Shown here piece after piece: positions 52,079 through 64,000 of a stretch of 64,000 bases of DNA. Source of the DNA: Octopus bimaculoides (Eukaryota). The stretch spans positions 64,291,823 to 64,355,822 of the forward strand of contig NC_068988.1 in the NCBI RefSeq assembly GCF_001194135.2. The letters are read 5' to 3'. How positions within the stretch are numbered: the stretch's first letter is position 1; each line of letters starts with the position of its first letter. The notes below the pieces were generated by a model. That model worked only from the letters and a program-made list of their open reading frames with translations, was not told the origin of the DNA and did not search any database. A program made the translations under genes and the position numbers.

Positions 52079-52828
52079 CTGGTAGATAGATAAATAAATA
52101 AAAAAATAGACTAGTGGATAGATAGATAACTAAATAGACTGGTAGATAGATAGATAAATAGACAGGTAGTCAGATAGATAGACAGGTAGATCGCGTGCGC
52201 CTGTCCGTGCGTGAGCTTATTTTGACTTTTCTCGCTCATTCTTTCTTTCTTTCTTTCTTTCTTTCCTTCGTTCTCTCTCTCTCTCTCGCTCTCTCTCTCG
52301 CTCTCTTTCTCTCTNNNNNNNNNNNNNNNNNNNNNNNNNNNNNNNNNNNNNNNNNNNNNNNNNNNNNNNNNNNNNNNNNNNNNNNNNNNNNNNNNNNNNN
52401 NNNNNNNNNNNNNNNNNNNNNNNNNNNNNNNNNNNNNNNNNNNNNNNNNNNNNNNNNNNNNNNNNNNNNNNNNNNNNNNNNNNNNNNNNNNNNNNNNNNN
52501 NNNNNNNNNNNNNNNNNNNNNNNNNNNNNNNNNNNNNNNNNNNNNNNNNNNNNNNNNNNNNNNNNNNNNNNNNNNNNNNNNNNNNNNNNNNNNNNNNNNN
52601 NNNNNNNNNNNNNNNNNNNNNNNNNNNNNNNNNNNNNNNNNNNNNNNNNNNNNNNNNNNNNNNNNNNNNNNNNNNNNNNNNNNNNNNNNNNNNNNNNNNN
52701 NNNNNNNNNNNNNNNNNNNNNNNNNNNNNNNNNNNNNNNNNNNNNNNNNNNNNNNNNNNNNNNNNNNNNNNNNNNNNNNNNNNNNNNNNNNNNNNNNNNN
52801 NNNNNNNNNNNNNNNNNNNNNNNNNNNN

Positions 52829-52860
<32 letters not shown>

Positions 52861-53444
52861 TGGCGTGTAAGTGTGTGTTTGTATGTATATTTGAATATGT
52901 GTATGTGCATATATGTATGTACATAATTCGTATGCACGTAAGTATTCTTGTGTATGTATGCGTGTGTATATATTAATATATGTATCATGCAAACGATCCT
53001 TTTCTGAATATATGTGTGTATACACTTGTGTATATAACGACAGTGTTTGCATGGAGATAACTAGATAATTTGTATTTTCGTAGTTAGACTTGTGTGTATG
53101 AGGAGTGTCGTGTAACCCACACACACATGCATGAATGCACACATATATATATATATACGCTCCTATACACACGCAGACACATGCAAACACATTCGTTTTG
53201 CACACATTCACACACACACACACACACGCATATACACACACACATGTGGAATGGCTTCTTTGGTACCAATTTGCCCCATTTAAGAATATATTCACAGAAA
53301 GAATTCTTCAAAATTCAACAATGTGAACATACAGATATATAGCTAAGTATATGCGTACCTGTATGTGCGGTGTACATGAGCATTTATGTATATGCAAATG
53401 TATATATATACCGTATATATGTGTGTGTTTGTGTGTGTATTCAC

Positions 53445-53486
<42 letters not shown>

Positions 53487-53762
53487 CAAAGAATATATAT
53501 ACATGTATACACACATATATGTACATACTTACATCTACATGTGTATATACATGCATATCAGGGTACAGGACGTTAGAACAATAAACTACAGACAACGGAA
53601 CGAACACATAGGAAAACGGAAAGCCCCTTGGAATATCCCTTCATCAGCTGTCTCTATTCATATATATATATATATATATATATAGTATAACATAATACAT
53701 TTCCGTGAAAATATCAATAAAAGTTATACACACATGTACGTGTGCCGTTTTGTATATAATGT

Positions 53763-53822
<60 letters not shown>

Positions 53823-53927
53823 GTATGTATATGCATCTGTATATGCACGCGTATGAGTTTGTACGCATGCATATATGTCTGTATATATAAATCCGTATAT
53901 ATATACACACACTTGTATATGTGTGTG

Positions 53928-53969
<42 letters not shown>

Positions 53970-54037
53970 CACACATATACATGTAGGAATATATGTAGAT
54001 ATGCACACACACACTTGTATACAAGCATATAGATGGC

Positions 54038-54096
<59 letters not shown>

Positions 54097-54239
54097 ACTC
54101 GCTCACACACGGACACGCTCACATACACACAAACACACTTATACGCTCATTCACAAACATACAACATACTGGCGTGCGCGCGATGTTCCTCTTTTATACG
54201 TAACCATGTAATTCTTACCTTTTGTATTCCATTCCTAGA

Positions 54240-54276
<37 letters not shown>

Positions 54277-54839
54277 GATACACACACACGCGGCTCTATG
54301 TATGTCGATGTGAGTACGTTTTTATGTGTGAGAGAGAATGAGAGAAAAAGAGAGAATGAGAGAAAAAGAGAGAATGAGAGAAAAGGAGAGAATGAGAGAG
54401 GAAGGGAGAAAGAGAGAGAGAGAGAAACTACTTGTGTGTGTGCGCGCACGCTTATGTGTGTGTGTGAGTGTGTGCGTGTGAAAATTTCGGATTTCTTGGC
54501 ATGTGTAAACGGGTGCGACTTAAATGCTTCAAACACTCCTCATCCCTGACCCCCCAGTTTCCCCCACCGTCGGAGTTACATTCCCCCCACCCTACCTCTT
54601 CGAGCCCCATTCCCAACTCTCCGTCCCTCCCCCTCTGTTTCTCTCTCTCCTCCTCTCTCTCTCTCATTCTATCCACCGAGATTCCTCAGCCAGCATCACC
54701 CATTCCAAAATACCCTCAGTGTAGTTACTTCACACATGAGCACACCCGCCCACCCGATCCACTTTCACCCTCCGCTGCCAATCCATCGCGTTTGGGTATT
54801 TCCTCGTATGCCATATGATTAATGCCAATGTTCGTGCGT

Positions 54840-54972
54840 GTTGATGTTGTTGTTGTTGTTGTCTTGTTCGGCTTGTTGTTGTCGCCTGTTGTTGTTGCTG
54901 TTGTTGTACCTCTTCTTTTTCTTCTACCTCTTGTTTTGTTGTTGTACTTCTACTTCTTCCTCTTGTTTGTTG

Positions 54973-55004
<32 letters not shown>

Positions 55005-55215
55005 CTTCTGCTTCTTCTTCTTCTTCTTCTTCTTCTTCTTCTTCTTCTTCTTCTTCTTCTTCTTCTTCTTCTTCTTCTTCGTCTTCTTCTTCCCCTTGTT
55101 TTTATCGTTGTTGTTCTTATTCTTTCTCTTCCTCTTGTTGCTCTTTTCCTTCTTCCTCTTCCTCTTTCCTTTTTTCTTCTTCTATCTTTTGTTGTTTTTG
55201 TTGGTTGTTGTTGGA
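54840..55215. repeat. Compound (GTT)n/(CTT)n trinucleotide array
   Basis: Directly visible; explains the poly-L/F/R ORFs in the track. Confidence 0.95.
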
Positions 55216-55418
55216 TGTTGTACAAGCTGTTTATTTTGGCTGTTATGCGTTGCGTGTTCTTCTGTTTCGTAATCTCTATGTTTATGTATGTCTGTATGGT
55301 TCATGTACATCACCATATGTGTATAACAGTGTATGCACATATGAGTGTATATGTAGGTGCTTGTGTATGTGCATGTATGTATGTGCAATTTTACATACAT
55401 AGTTATACACACACACAT

Positions 55419-55475
<57 letters not shown>

Positions 55476-55878
55476 TGTGCCTCTGTCTATATATATCTAT
55501 ATTAATGCTTGTGTGTATATATATTATACAAAATATATATGTATTATACAATACATTATACAATATTATATTATATATATATATTATAATATTATATACT
55601 ATATAATATATTATTCAATATATATATATACGCACATACATACACACAACACGTGCGTTCTAAATATATATATCTATACAGATATTAATTTTTTGCTAGT
55701 AACTTCGAAGTGTCGACGTGTGTATCGTTTATTCAAGCATTAGATACATACTCGCAGAGACAGATCGAAGTTGATTACAAAATGTAGTAAATTCTACACT
55801 CGACACATGGATCGAATCCAGCGGCCAGACAAGAACCGTCGTCATTATGTGAAGACACTTCTTTGGGATTGCATGTGT

Positions 55879-55965
<87 letters not shown>

Positions 55966-56275
55966 TAAATTATGAAATTCATTTCTTCTTCCGAACTGTC
56001 GTCGAATCTAGTACATTATCTTCAACCGCAGATAGATAGATAGATATACACGCACATTTATATTTAGGTCTGTGCAACTTTTAGCTTTTACTCGTTTCAG
56101 TCATTAGACTACGACCAAGCTGGAGCAACTTACATACATCTATATCTGTGCGTGTGCGCGTATGCATGTGTGTGCGTGTGTGTATGCATATGTTTGTGTA
56201 GGTGTATGCGTGTGTGTGTTTGTGCGTGTGTATCTGTATTTCTGAAGTAACTTTACCGTCAAAAGTAGATTTTTT

Positions 56276-56303
56276 GACATTTCGGAGAAGCTCCTTCTTC
56301 ATG
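56276..56303 (-). ncRNA. Decayed hammerhead-like motif
   Basis: Minus strand: CAUGAAGA-A-GGAG(CUU)CUCC-GAA-AUGU-C. AUGU is ACGU after a CpG transition. There is no stem I pairing. Confidence 0.35.
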
Positions 56304-56313
56304 TAGTGAGAAA

Positions 56314-56354
<41 letters not shown>

Positions 56355-57442
56355 NNNNNNNNNNNNNNNNNNNNNNNNNNNNNNNNNNNNNNNNNNNNNN
56401 NNNNNNNNNNNNNNNNNNNNNNNNNNNNNNNNNNNNNNNNNNNNNNNNNNNNNNNNNNNNNNNNNNNNNNNNNNNNNNNNNNNNNNNNNNNNNNNNNNNN
56501 NNNNNNNNNNNNNNNNNNNNNNNNNNNNNNNNNNNNNNNNNNNNNNNNNNNNNNNNNNNNNNNNNNNNNNNNNNNNNNNNNNNNNNNNNNNNNNNNNNNN
56601 NNNNNNNNNNNNNNNNNNNNNNNNNNNNNNNNNNNNNNNNNNNNNNNNNNNNNNNNNNNNNNNNNNNNNNNNNNNNNNNNNNNNNNNNNNNNNNNNNNNN
56701 NNNNNNNNNNNNNNNNNNNNNNNNNNNNNNNNNNNNNNNNNNNNNNNNNNNNNNNNNNNNNNNNNNNNNNNNNNNNNNNNNNNNNNNNNNNNNNNNNNNN
56801 NNNNNNNNNNNNNNNNNNNNNNNNNNNNNNNNNNNNNNNNNNNNNNNNNNNNNNNNNNNNNNNNNNNNNNNNNNNNNNNNNNNNNNNNNNNNNNNNNNNN
56901 NNNNNNNNNNNNNNNNNNNNNNNNNNNNNNNNNNNNNNNNNNNNNNNNNNNNNNNNNNNNNNNNNNNNNNNNNNNNNNNNNNNNNNNNNNNNNNNNNNNN
57001 NNNNNNNNNNNNNNNNNNNNNNNNNNNNNNNNNNNNNNNNNNNNNNNNNNNNNNNNNNNNNNNNNNNNNNNNNNNNNNNNNNNNNNNNNNNNNNNNNNNN
57101 NNNNNNNNNNNNNNNNNNNNNNNNNNNNNNNNNNNNNNNNNNNNNNNNNNNNNNNNNNNNNNNNNNNNNNNNNNNNNNNNNNNNNNNNNNNNNNNNNNNN
57201 NNNNNNNNNNNNNNNNNNNNNNNNNNNNNNNNNNNNNNNNNNNNNNNNNNNNNNNNNNNNNNNNNNNNNNNNNNNNNNNNNNNNNNNNNNNNNNNNNNNN
57301 NNNNNNNNNATATTTCAAGGAGTTCCTGCCTTAAAAACAGGAGCTAACCACAGTTATTTTGCGTTCTTTGCTACATTGGTTTCTATTAAACCATTTATTC
57401 TATCAGAAGAATTTTTATTCATTAAGATAGAAGAAATACACA

Positions 57443-57480
<38 letters not shown>

Positions 57481-57783
57481 TATTCACATATTTAGATATG
57501 TATACACACACATATGCATGTGTGTGTGTGTATATATATAGAGAGACTATACGTACACATATTTATATGGAGAAATATCAACAGTTTTGGAAAAGAAAGC
57601 TAAGGACATGTAGACAAGCAACAAGCGATGGCAGTGTTTATAGGTCTTGTCATTTATTACTCTTTCTAAAATATATCAGTATATGTAAGTGTGTATGTAA
57701 ATGTGTATGTGTATGTATATATGCATATATATATGTGTGTGTGTATGCGTGTGCATGCGTGTATGTTTGTATTGTACGTATAG

Positions 57784-57837
<54 letters not shown>

Positions 57838-58635
57838 NNNNNNNNNNNNNNNNNNNNNNNNNNNNNNNNNNNNNNNNNNNNNNNNNNNNNNNNNNNNNNN
57901 NNNNNNNNNNNNNNNNNNNNNNNNNNNNNNNNNNNNNNNNNNNNNNNNNNNNNNNNNNNNNNNNNNNNNNNNNNNNNNNNNNNNNNNNNNNNNNNNNNNN
58001 NNNNNNNNNNNNNNNNNNNNNNNNNNNNNNNNNNNNNNNNNNNNNNNNNNNNNNNNNNNNNNNNNNNNNNNNNNNNNNNNNNNNNNNNNNNNNNNNNNNN
58101 NNNNNNNNNNNNNNNNNNNNNNNNNNNNNNNNNNNNNNNNNNNNNNNNNNNNNNNNNNNNNNNNNNNNNNNNNNNNNNNNNNNNNNNNNNNNNNNNNNNN
58201 NNNNNNNNNNNNNNNNNNNNNNNNNNNNNNNNNNNNNNNNNNNNNNNNNNNNNNNNNNNNNNNNNNNNNNNNNNNNNNNNNNNNNNNNNNNNNNNNNNNN
58301 NNNNNNNNNNNNNNNNNNNNNNNNNNNNNNNNNNNNNNNNNNNNNNNNNNNNNNNNNNNNNNNNNNNNNNNNNNNNNNNNNNNNNNNNNNNNNNNNNNNN
58401 NNNNNNNNNNNNNNNNNNNNNNNNNNNNNNNNNNNNNNNNNNNNNNNNNNNNNNNNNNNNNNNNNNNNNNNNNNNNNNNNNNNNNNNNNNNNNNNNNNNN
58501 NNNNNNNNNNNNNNNNNNNNNNNNNNNNNNNNNNNNNNNNNNNNNNNNNNNNNNNNNNNNNNNNNNNNNNNNNNNNNNNNNNNNNNNNNNNNNNNNNNNN
58601 NNNNNNNNNNNNNNNNNNNNNNNNNNNNNNNNNNN

Positions 58636-58664
58636 TAGACAGAAACGGAAAGAAGCCTGTCGTG

Positions 58665-58729
<65 letters not shown>

Positions 58730-58945
58730 TCGTGAGTTTGTCCTCCTCACCGCATGACAGCCGGTGTTGGTGCGTTCACGTCCCCGTAATCTAGCGGTTC
58801 GGCCAAAGACAACGATAGAATAAGTACGAGGCTTTAAAAAAATTCGTACTGGGGCCCTTCGGCTAAAATCCGTTAAGGCATTGCACCAGCATGGCCGCAG
58901 TCTAAACGAGTTAAAACAAGTGAAAGATAACAGATAAGAGATAAA
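58636..58945 (+). mobile_element. SINE family A-related subfamily, 3' part
   Basis: GGAAAGAAGCC.GTCG, microsatellite, GATAGAATAAGTAC and CAGCATGGCCGCAGTC. Confidence 0.8.
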
Positions 58946-59380
58946 AGACAGAACTAGTGACATATCTCAAATAATATGCCCAGAAGTCTAGCTAAATGGT
59001 TACCATAGCAACAGTTTGTATAAACAATAAGATAACAGTTGTAAAATCAACAAGGAACCAGGAGACTTCGTGGCAGAAATCTGTGTTGCGTTCTCGGCTT
59101 ATCGTTGAAACATGTTCTCAAGTGTAGAACGTGTGTATTCACAGTGATAAACATAATTTGTGTGTGTGTGTGTGTGTGTTACGGTGTATATGTCTGTGTA
59201 TATGTCCGTATGTGCAAGTGCATGCTTGCGTATGTGTGCATGCATGTATGATGTATGTGTGTGAGTGCGTGTATGTTTATATATATATGTGTATGTTTAT
59301 GTGTGTAATATATATATATGGGGGGCGGCTCTGTATATGTGTGTATGCCTATTTGTGTGTATATATACATATAGTTATGG

Positions 59381-59424
<44 letters not shown>

Positions 59425-60504
59425 NNNNNNNNNNNNNNNNNNNNNNNNNNNNNNNNNNNNNNNNNNNNNNNNNNNNNNNNNNNNNNNNNNNNNNNNNNNN
59501 NNNNNNNNNNNNNNNNNNNNNNNNNNNNNNNNNNNNNNNNNNNNNNNNNNNNNNNNNNNNNNNNNNNNNNNNNNNNNNNNNNNNNNNNNNNNNNNNNNNN
59601 NNNNNNNNNNNNNNNNNNNNNNNNNNNNNNNNNNNNNNNNNNNNNNNNNNNNNNNNNNNNNNNNNNNNNNNNNNNNNNNNNNNNNNNNNNNNNNNNNNNN
59701 NNNNNNNNNNNNNNNNNNNNNNNNNNNNNNNNNNNNNNNNNNNNNNNNNNNNNNNNNNNNNNNNNNNNNNNNNNNNNNNNNNNNNNNNNNNNNNNNNNNN
59801 NNNNNNNNNNNNNNNNNNNNNNNNNNNNNNNNNNNNNNNNNNNNNNNNNNNNNNNNNNNNNNNNNNNNNNNNNNNNNNNNNNNNNNNNNNNNNNNNNNNN
59901 NNNNNNNNNNNNNNNNNNNNNNNNNNNNNNNNNNNNNNNNNNNNNNNNNNNNNNNNNNNNNNNNNNNNNNNNNNNNNNNNNNNNNNNNNNNNNNNNNNNN
60001 NNNNNNNNNNNNNNNNNNNNNNNNNNNNNNNNNNNNNNNNNNNNNNNNNNNNNNNNNNNNNNNNNNNNNNNNNNNNNNNNNNNNNNNNNNNNNNNNNNNN
60101 NNNNNNNNNNNNNNNNNNNNNNNNNNNNNNNNNNNNNNNNNNNNNNNNNNNNNNNNNNNNNNNNNNNNNNNNNNNNNNNNNNNNNGTGTATGCTTATGTA
60201 TGTATGACTGTGTATATGAATAAGTGGATATGTAATTATAGTGCGTACATCTACGTATGTGTGTATGTTTATTTATGTGTGTATGACTGTTTATAGGAAT
60301 GTAAGTGGACATGTATATATGTGTATGTATGTACGCCTCTATATATGGGTGTAGATAGGGATATGTATACGTATGTAAGCGTGTATGTATATGAAGAGGT
60401 ATGTTCGTGTATATATGTGTGTATAGCTATATTATTTTGTATGTTGATGTATCTCTACATGTATGCATATATATGTGTGTATATAGTGAAGGTTCGTACG
60501 TACG

Positions 60505-60538
<34 letters not shown>

Positions 60539-60602
60539 TGTATGTATGTATGTATGTATGTATAGCTCTATGCATTTATGTATGTAAGTGTATGTAAAGA
60601 TG

Positions 60603-60643
<41 letters not shown>

Positions 60644-63277
60644 GCGATAATAATAACACGAATGCTTGTAACTGGCAAATTATGTAAACTGGGCATTATA
60701 CATATGTAGGTAAGTAGGTAGGTAGGTAGGTAGGTAGGTAGGTGAACACATATGTGCGAGTGTGTGCTTTGGTGATGACGACGATGATGATGATGATGAT
60801 GATGATGATGATACCGGTAGCGCTGGTGATTCTGGTGGTATTAAGACAGCCAGAGCTTGTGAACGAAGTCTAAATTTCAGACATCCGTGATTACATTTCC
60901 GAATGTGCTCTTCATTTTCTATGACGGTTAATTTGCGATGCGAGGAAATACATCAGCTACTATTTCTAGCAAGTTGGATAAAACTTCTGAAAACGACTCT
61001 TCGTTGACTCGTCATCACAGATAGATAAGCAGACAGACAGATAAAAACACAATACAATTCACCTCTATCTGCAATAAATGATTCTTCTCAAAACAATTAA
61101 ATTTCTCTTTTTCATTCCCTGTTAAGCATATTCCACGATCTGAATTATTTGTCGTGCTTTTAGCCGACGCTAAGCTTCACTATTTCCTTCAGATTCTCCT
61201 ACTTAAATTGTTGAAGATAACAGATTGTCTGAAAGCTGGGTATCAATGTTTCCGTGTGTGTGACTGTGCATGTATGTGCGTGAATGCGTTTGCGTGTGTG
61301 TGTGTGTGTGTGTGTGTTATCGTTGTTGTAGTTGTTGCTGTAACTGCTACAGCTGTTGCTAAGTACTAACACAGTAGACAGCCATGACTAATCAACAACG
61401 TCTCAGTATGGCCCACTATGTCCGATGTTGGTCTTACTTTTAAAAACAAACCAATATTATATTTAAGTTTATATTTATTCAATGTTTTCTTATGCTGGTA
61501 GACTGTGATTTGAAGGGGAATTGGTTCCGATATCTAGCAGGTCGAAACAACGCGTAGATTCATTTCTCGGTCGGTTCCTCTCATGTGTAAATGTTGATGT
61601 TGTTACTGCAGTTGTTGTTAATGTTGTTTAGCCCTAGGTCAACTGTGATCGATTAGGTCAGATCCAGAGTTAAACTGGTCTTCATAAACACACACACACA
61701 CACATGCGTTTGTATGCATGTATATATATATATATATGTTTTGCAAGATTTTTTATGTGAAATCGTGTGTTGAAACAGATGTTGTTGTACTTGGGGATGG
61801 TCATGTTGCCAGTTTAGCCAATAAAAACACACGCACTGTATATTTGGTGTTAATTTTTTTTTTTTTTCAGCTTTATATTACATTAATCTTAATCTTAATC
61901 TTATTTCGGTCGAAATAAGATTAAGATTAAGATTAATGTAATATAAAGCNNNNNNNNNNNNNNNNNNNNNNNNNNNNNNNNNNNNNNNNNNNNNNNNNNN
62001 NNNNNNNNNNNNNNNNNNNNNNNNNNNNNNNNNNNNNNNNNNNNNNNNNNNNTATATATATATATATATATATTGTTAACGCCATAAGAACTTAGAAACT
62101 TCGAGAGAACGTGAAATAACACAAAATTCTCGCTCGTCAGAATAAAATTTCTAAAATGGATTCAAAACTCGAACTACTGCTCTGGTCCAATGGCAGAGCG
62201 TCTGTCATATTTACAGAAGTCCCACAGGCAAACGTCCAAATTTTTTTTTCCAAAGGGTTTTTAATCCAATAGCTTTATCTACTTCGTGTTCATCCCTTCA
62301 AAATGAATTATATATAGCATATGTATATAAATATATATTGCTATTTATGTTTTTAGGTATGGTTATATATATAAAATCAGTCAAATATTGATTCAAAGAT
62401 TACACAATACATTTAAATGGAGAATCACGTTCATATTATTTTAGCAAGGAAAATGGTGACAGTGACTTTGAAATTTCGGCTCTTTTGCCTTCTCCAGACT
62501 AACGAAATCAACTTCGAAATCATTGGCAACCTTTTCCTTGTCAAAATTATAAGAAAGGAACTTTTATAAGAGAACCCTTTTGATCAACATTCCTTGCCTT
62601 GTGTTAAAGCACCATGAAAGTCAGATAGTTACACTTGAAAATTAAATATCATCAATAGTTACTCTTTATATTTAAATATTTTCTTGCATATAATTCTATT
62701 TGTCCTTGCGGCAAATAAAATAAAAGTCAATCTGCAACGTAGTCTATATGTGTATAATTTTCTGCTCGACATGAGGTTCGTGTGTTCGCCTGTTACGCTC
62801 TAAATAGTATTAACGATGGGAGGAAATCGTAGTCACAATCGAAATTTTGAATGGGGAAGTGTACACCAGTGTTGTGCATAAAACAAACTTAACTAAACTA
62901 TGGAAGGAAATCGAGAGTATAATCGAAATTTGTAACATAATGAAATCTGTTCGAGTGCTGGCTTTTACTATAGAAATAAATCGCGCTCATAATATATTTT
63001 GTATAATGATGAAATGTAATCGAGTGATATGCCTTTGAAAGTTTTAAAACTATGGAACGAAATCGAAGACATAATCAAAACATTTGTAATCTTTAACATA
63101 ATGAAGCAAGTTACAACGTTACACTTTTAAACAGCCTTAAAACTATGGTGAGAAATCGGAGACAGAATCACAGCATCTTTCACGTAATGAAACAATATGA
63201 AGATCTGGAAACGGAAATATGGATATTTATAAAAAGTGGGATCTCAACGAATCCTTTTTGTTTTATTATTTGAATAT

Positions 63278-63500
63278 TAAGAAACAGCGAGTTGACAGAA
63301 TCATTAACACGCCTGACAAAATGCTCAACGGTATTTCGTTCGTTTTTTACATTTTGAGTTTAAATCCTGCCGAAGCCCACTTTGCTATTCATTCTTTCGG
63401 AGGTCGATAAAATAGGTACCAGTCGAACAACTAGGTCGAGTAAATCGACTAGCCCTCTCCCCACAAAATTTCAGGCCTTGTGCCCTTAGTAGAAAGGGTT
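63278..63500 (+). mobile_element. SINE family B
   Basis: Matches the family B body and tail (CAGGCCTTGTGCC.TTAGTAGAAAGG). Confidence 0.85.
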
Positions 63501-63536
63501 ATTAGATTATCTAAAGGCGGTTAACTGGAAGAACCG

Positions 63537-63812
63537 TGTGTGTGTGTGTGTGCGCGCGCGTGCATGTGTGTGTGTGTGTGCGCGTGCATGTGTGTGTGTG
63601 ATCGTGTCTGATGGTGTCTCACCACCGCTTGACAAACGATGTTGGCGTGGTTATGTCTCGGTAACATTAACGGTTCGACAATACGAAACCGATAGAATAG
63701 GTACCAGGCTACAAAAAAAATAAATACTGCGCGGTCGATTCTCTCGACTAAAATTCTTCAAGGCGGTGCCACAGCATGGCCGCAGTCTAATGACTGAAAC
63801 AAGTAAACGATT
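63537..63812 (+). mobile_element. SINE family A-related subfamily, 3' part
   Basis: CCGCTTGACAA...GATAGAATAGGTACC...CAGCATGGCCGCAGTCTAATGACTGAAACAAGTAAA. Confidence 0.8.
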
Positions 63813-64000
63813 AAATATGAAGGAGATTTAGCTGCTATTTCTGAAATTCCGAGCAATCGCGTTGGTTCACTTTAGCTGCGTCACGACGGCTACGACGACG
63901 AGGCTGATGCTCAGAGACTATTATTTCTATGACACATCCAGAACGGTGAGATGCCAAGTTCTTTCCTTTTATTTCTAGTCTCTTCGTAATTCCAGGAACC

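Noticed and set aside
54822-55505. 227-aa hydrophobic ORF and overlapping poly-F/poly-R ORFs
   Set aside because: Translation of (GTT)n/(CTT)n repeats.
61080-61250. Possible reverse transcriptase fragment (LADAKLH, near a YADD-like motif)
   Set aside because: Too short and degenerate to support without a profile search.
61870-61949. Perfect 80-bp palindrome (39-bp arms, 2-nt spacer)
   Set aside because: The right arm ends exactly at a gap edge (N from 61950), which is typical of a fold-back read or assembly artefact. Raw or long reads are needed before treating it as a hairpin RNA.

Overview
Repeat-rich eukaryotic genomic DNA. It has about 25 N-gaps (~10 kb in total), nearly all flanked by microsatellites. 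The repeat landscape of tRNA-derived SINEs and TA/TG/GA/TAGA/TACA microsatellites looks cephalopod (Octopus-like); that taxon call is from pattern recognition, not a database search. The only host coding sequence I can support is the first coding exon of a CELF3-6 (Bruno-like/unc-75 type) RNA-binding protein at 44103-44388 (+). Its next exon was not found in the window. The rest is four or more SINE families, a LINE endonuclease fragment, a LINE 3' end, a mariner relic, a Penelope-like GIY-YIG relic, Helitron-type termini and tandem repeats. The main hidden signal is roughly ten dispersed minimal type-I hammerhead-ribozyme-like motifs from several unrelated repeat families. In most, stem III is replaced by a short self-complementary sequence (ACGT, ACACGTGT, ACTCGAGT, AATCGATT), the architecture known from Penelope-associated hammerheads that cleave as dimers. 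One family has a variant core, with U at the normally invariant A6. Almost all ORFs in the supplied track are microsatellite or gap artefacts.
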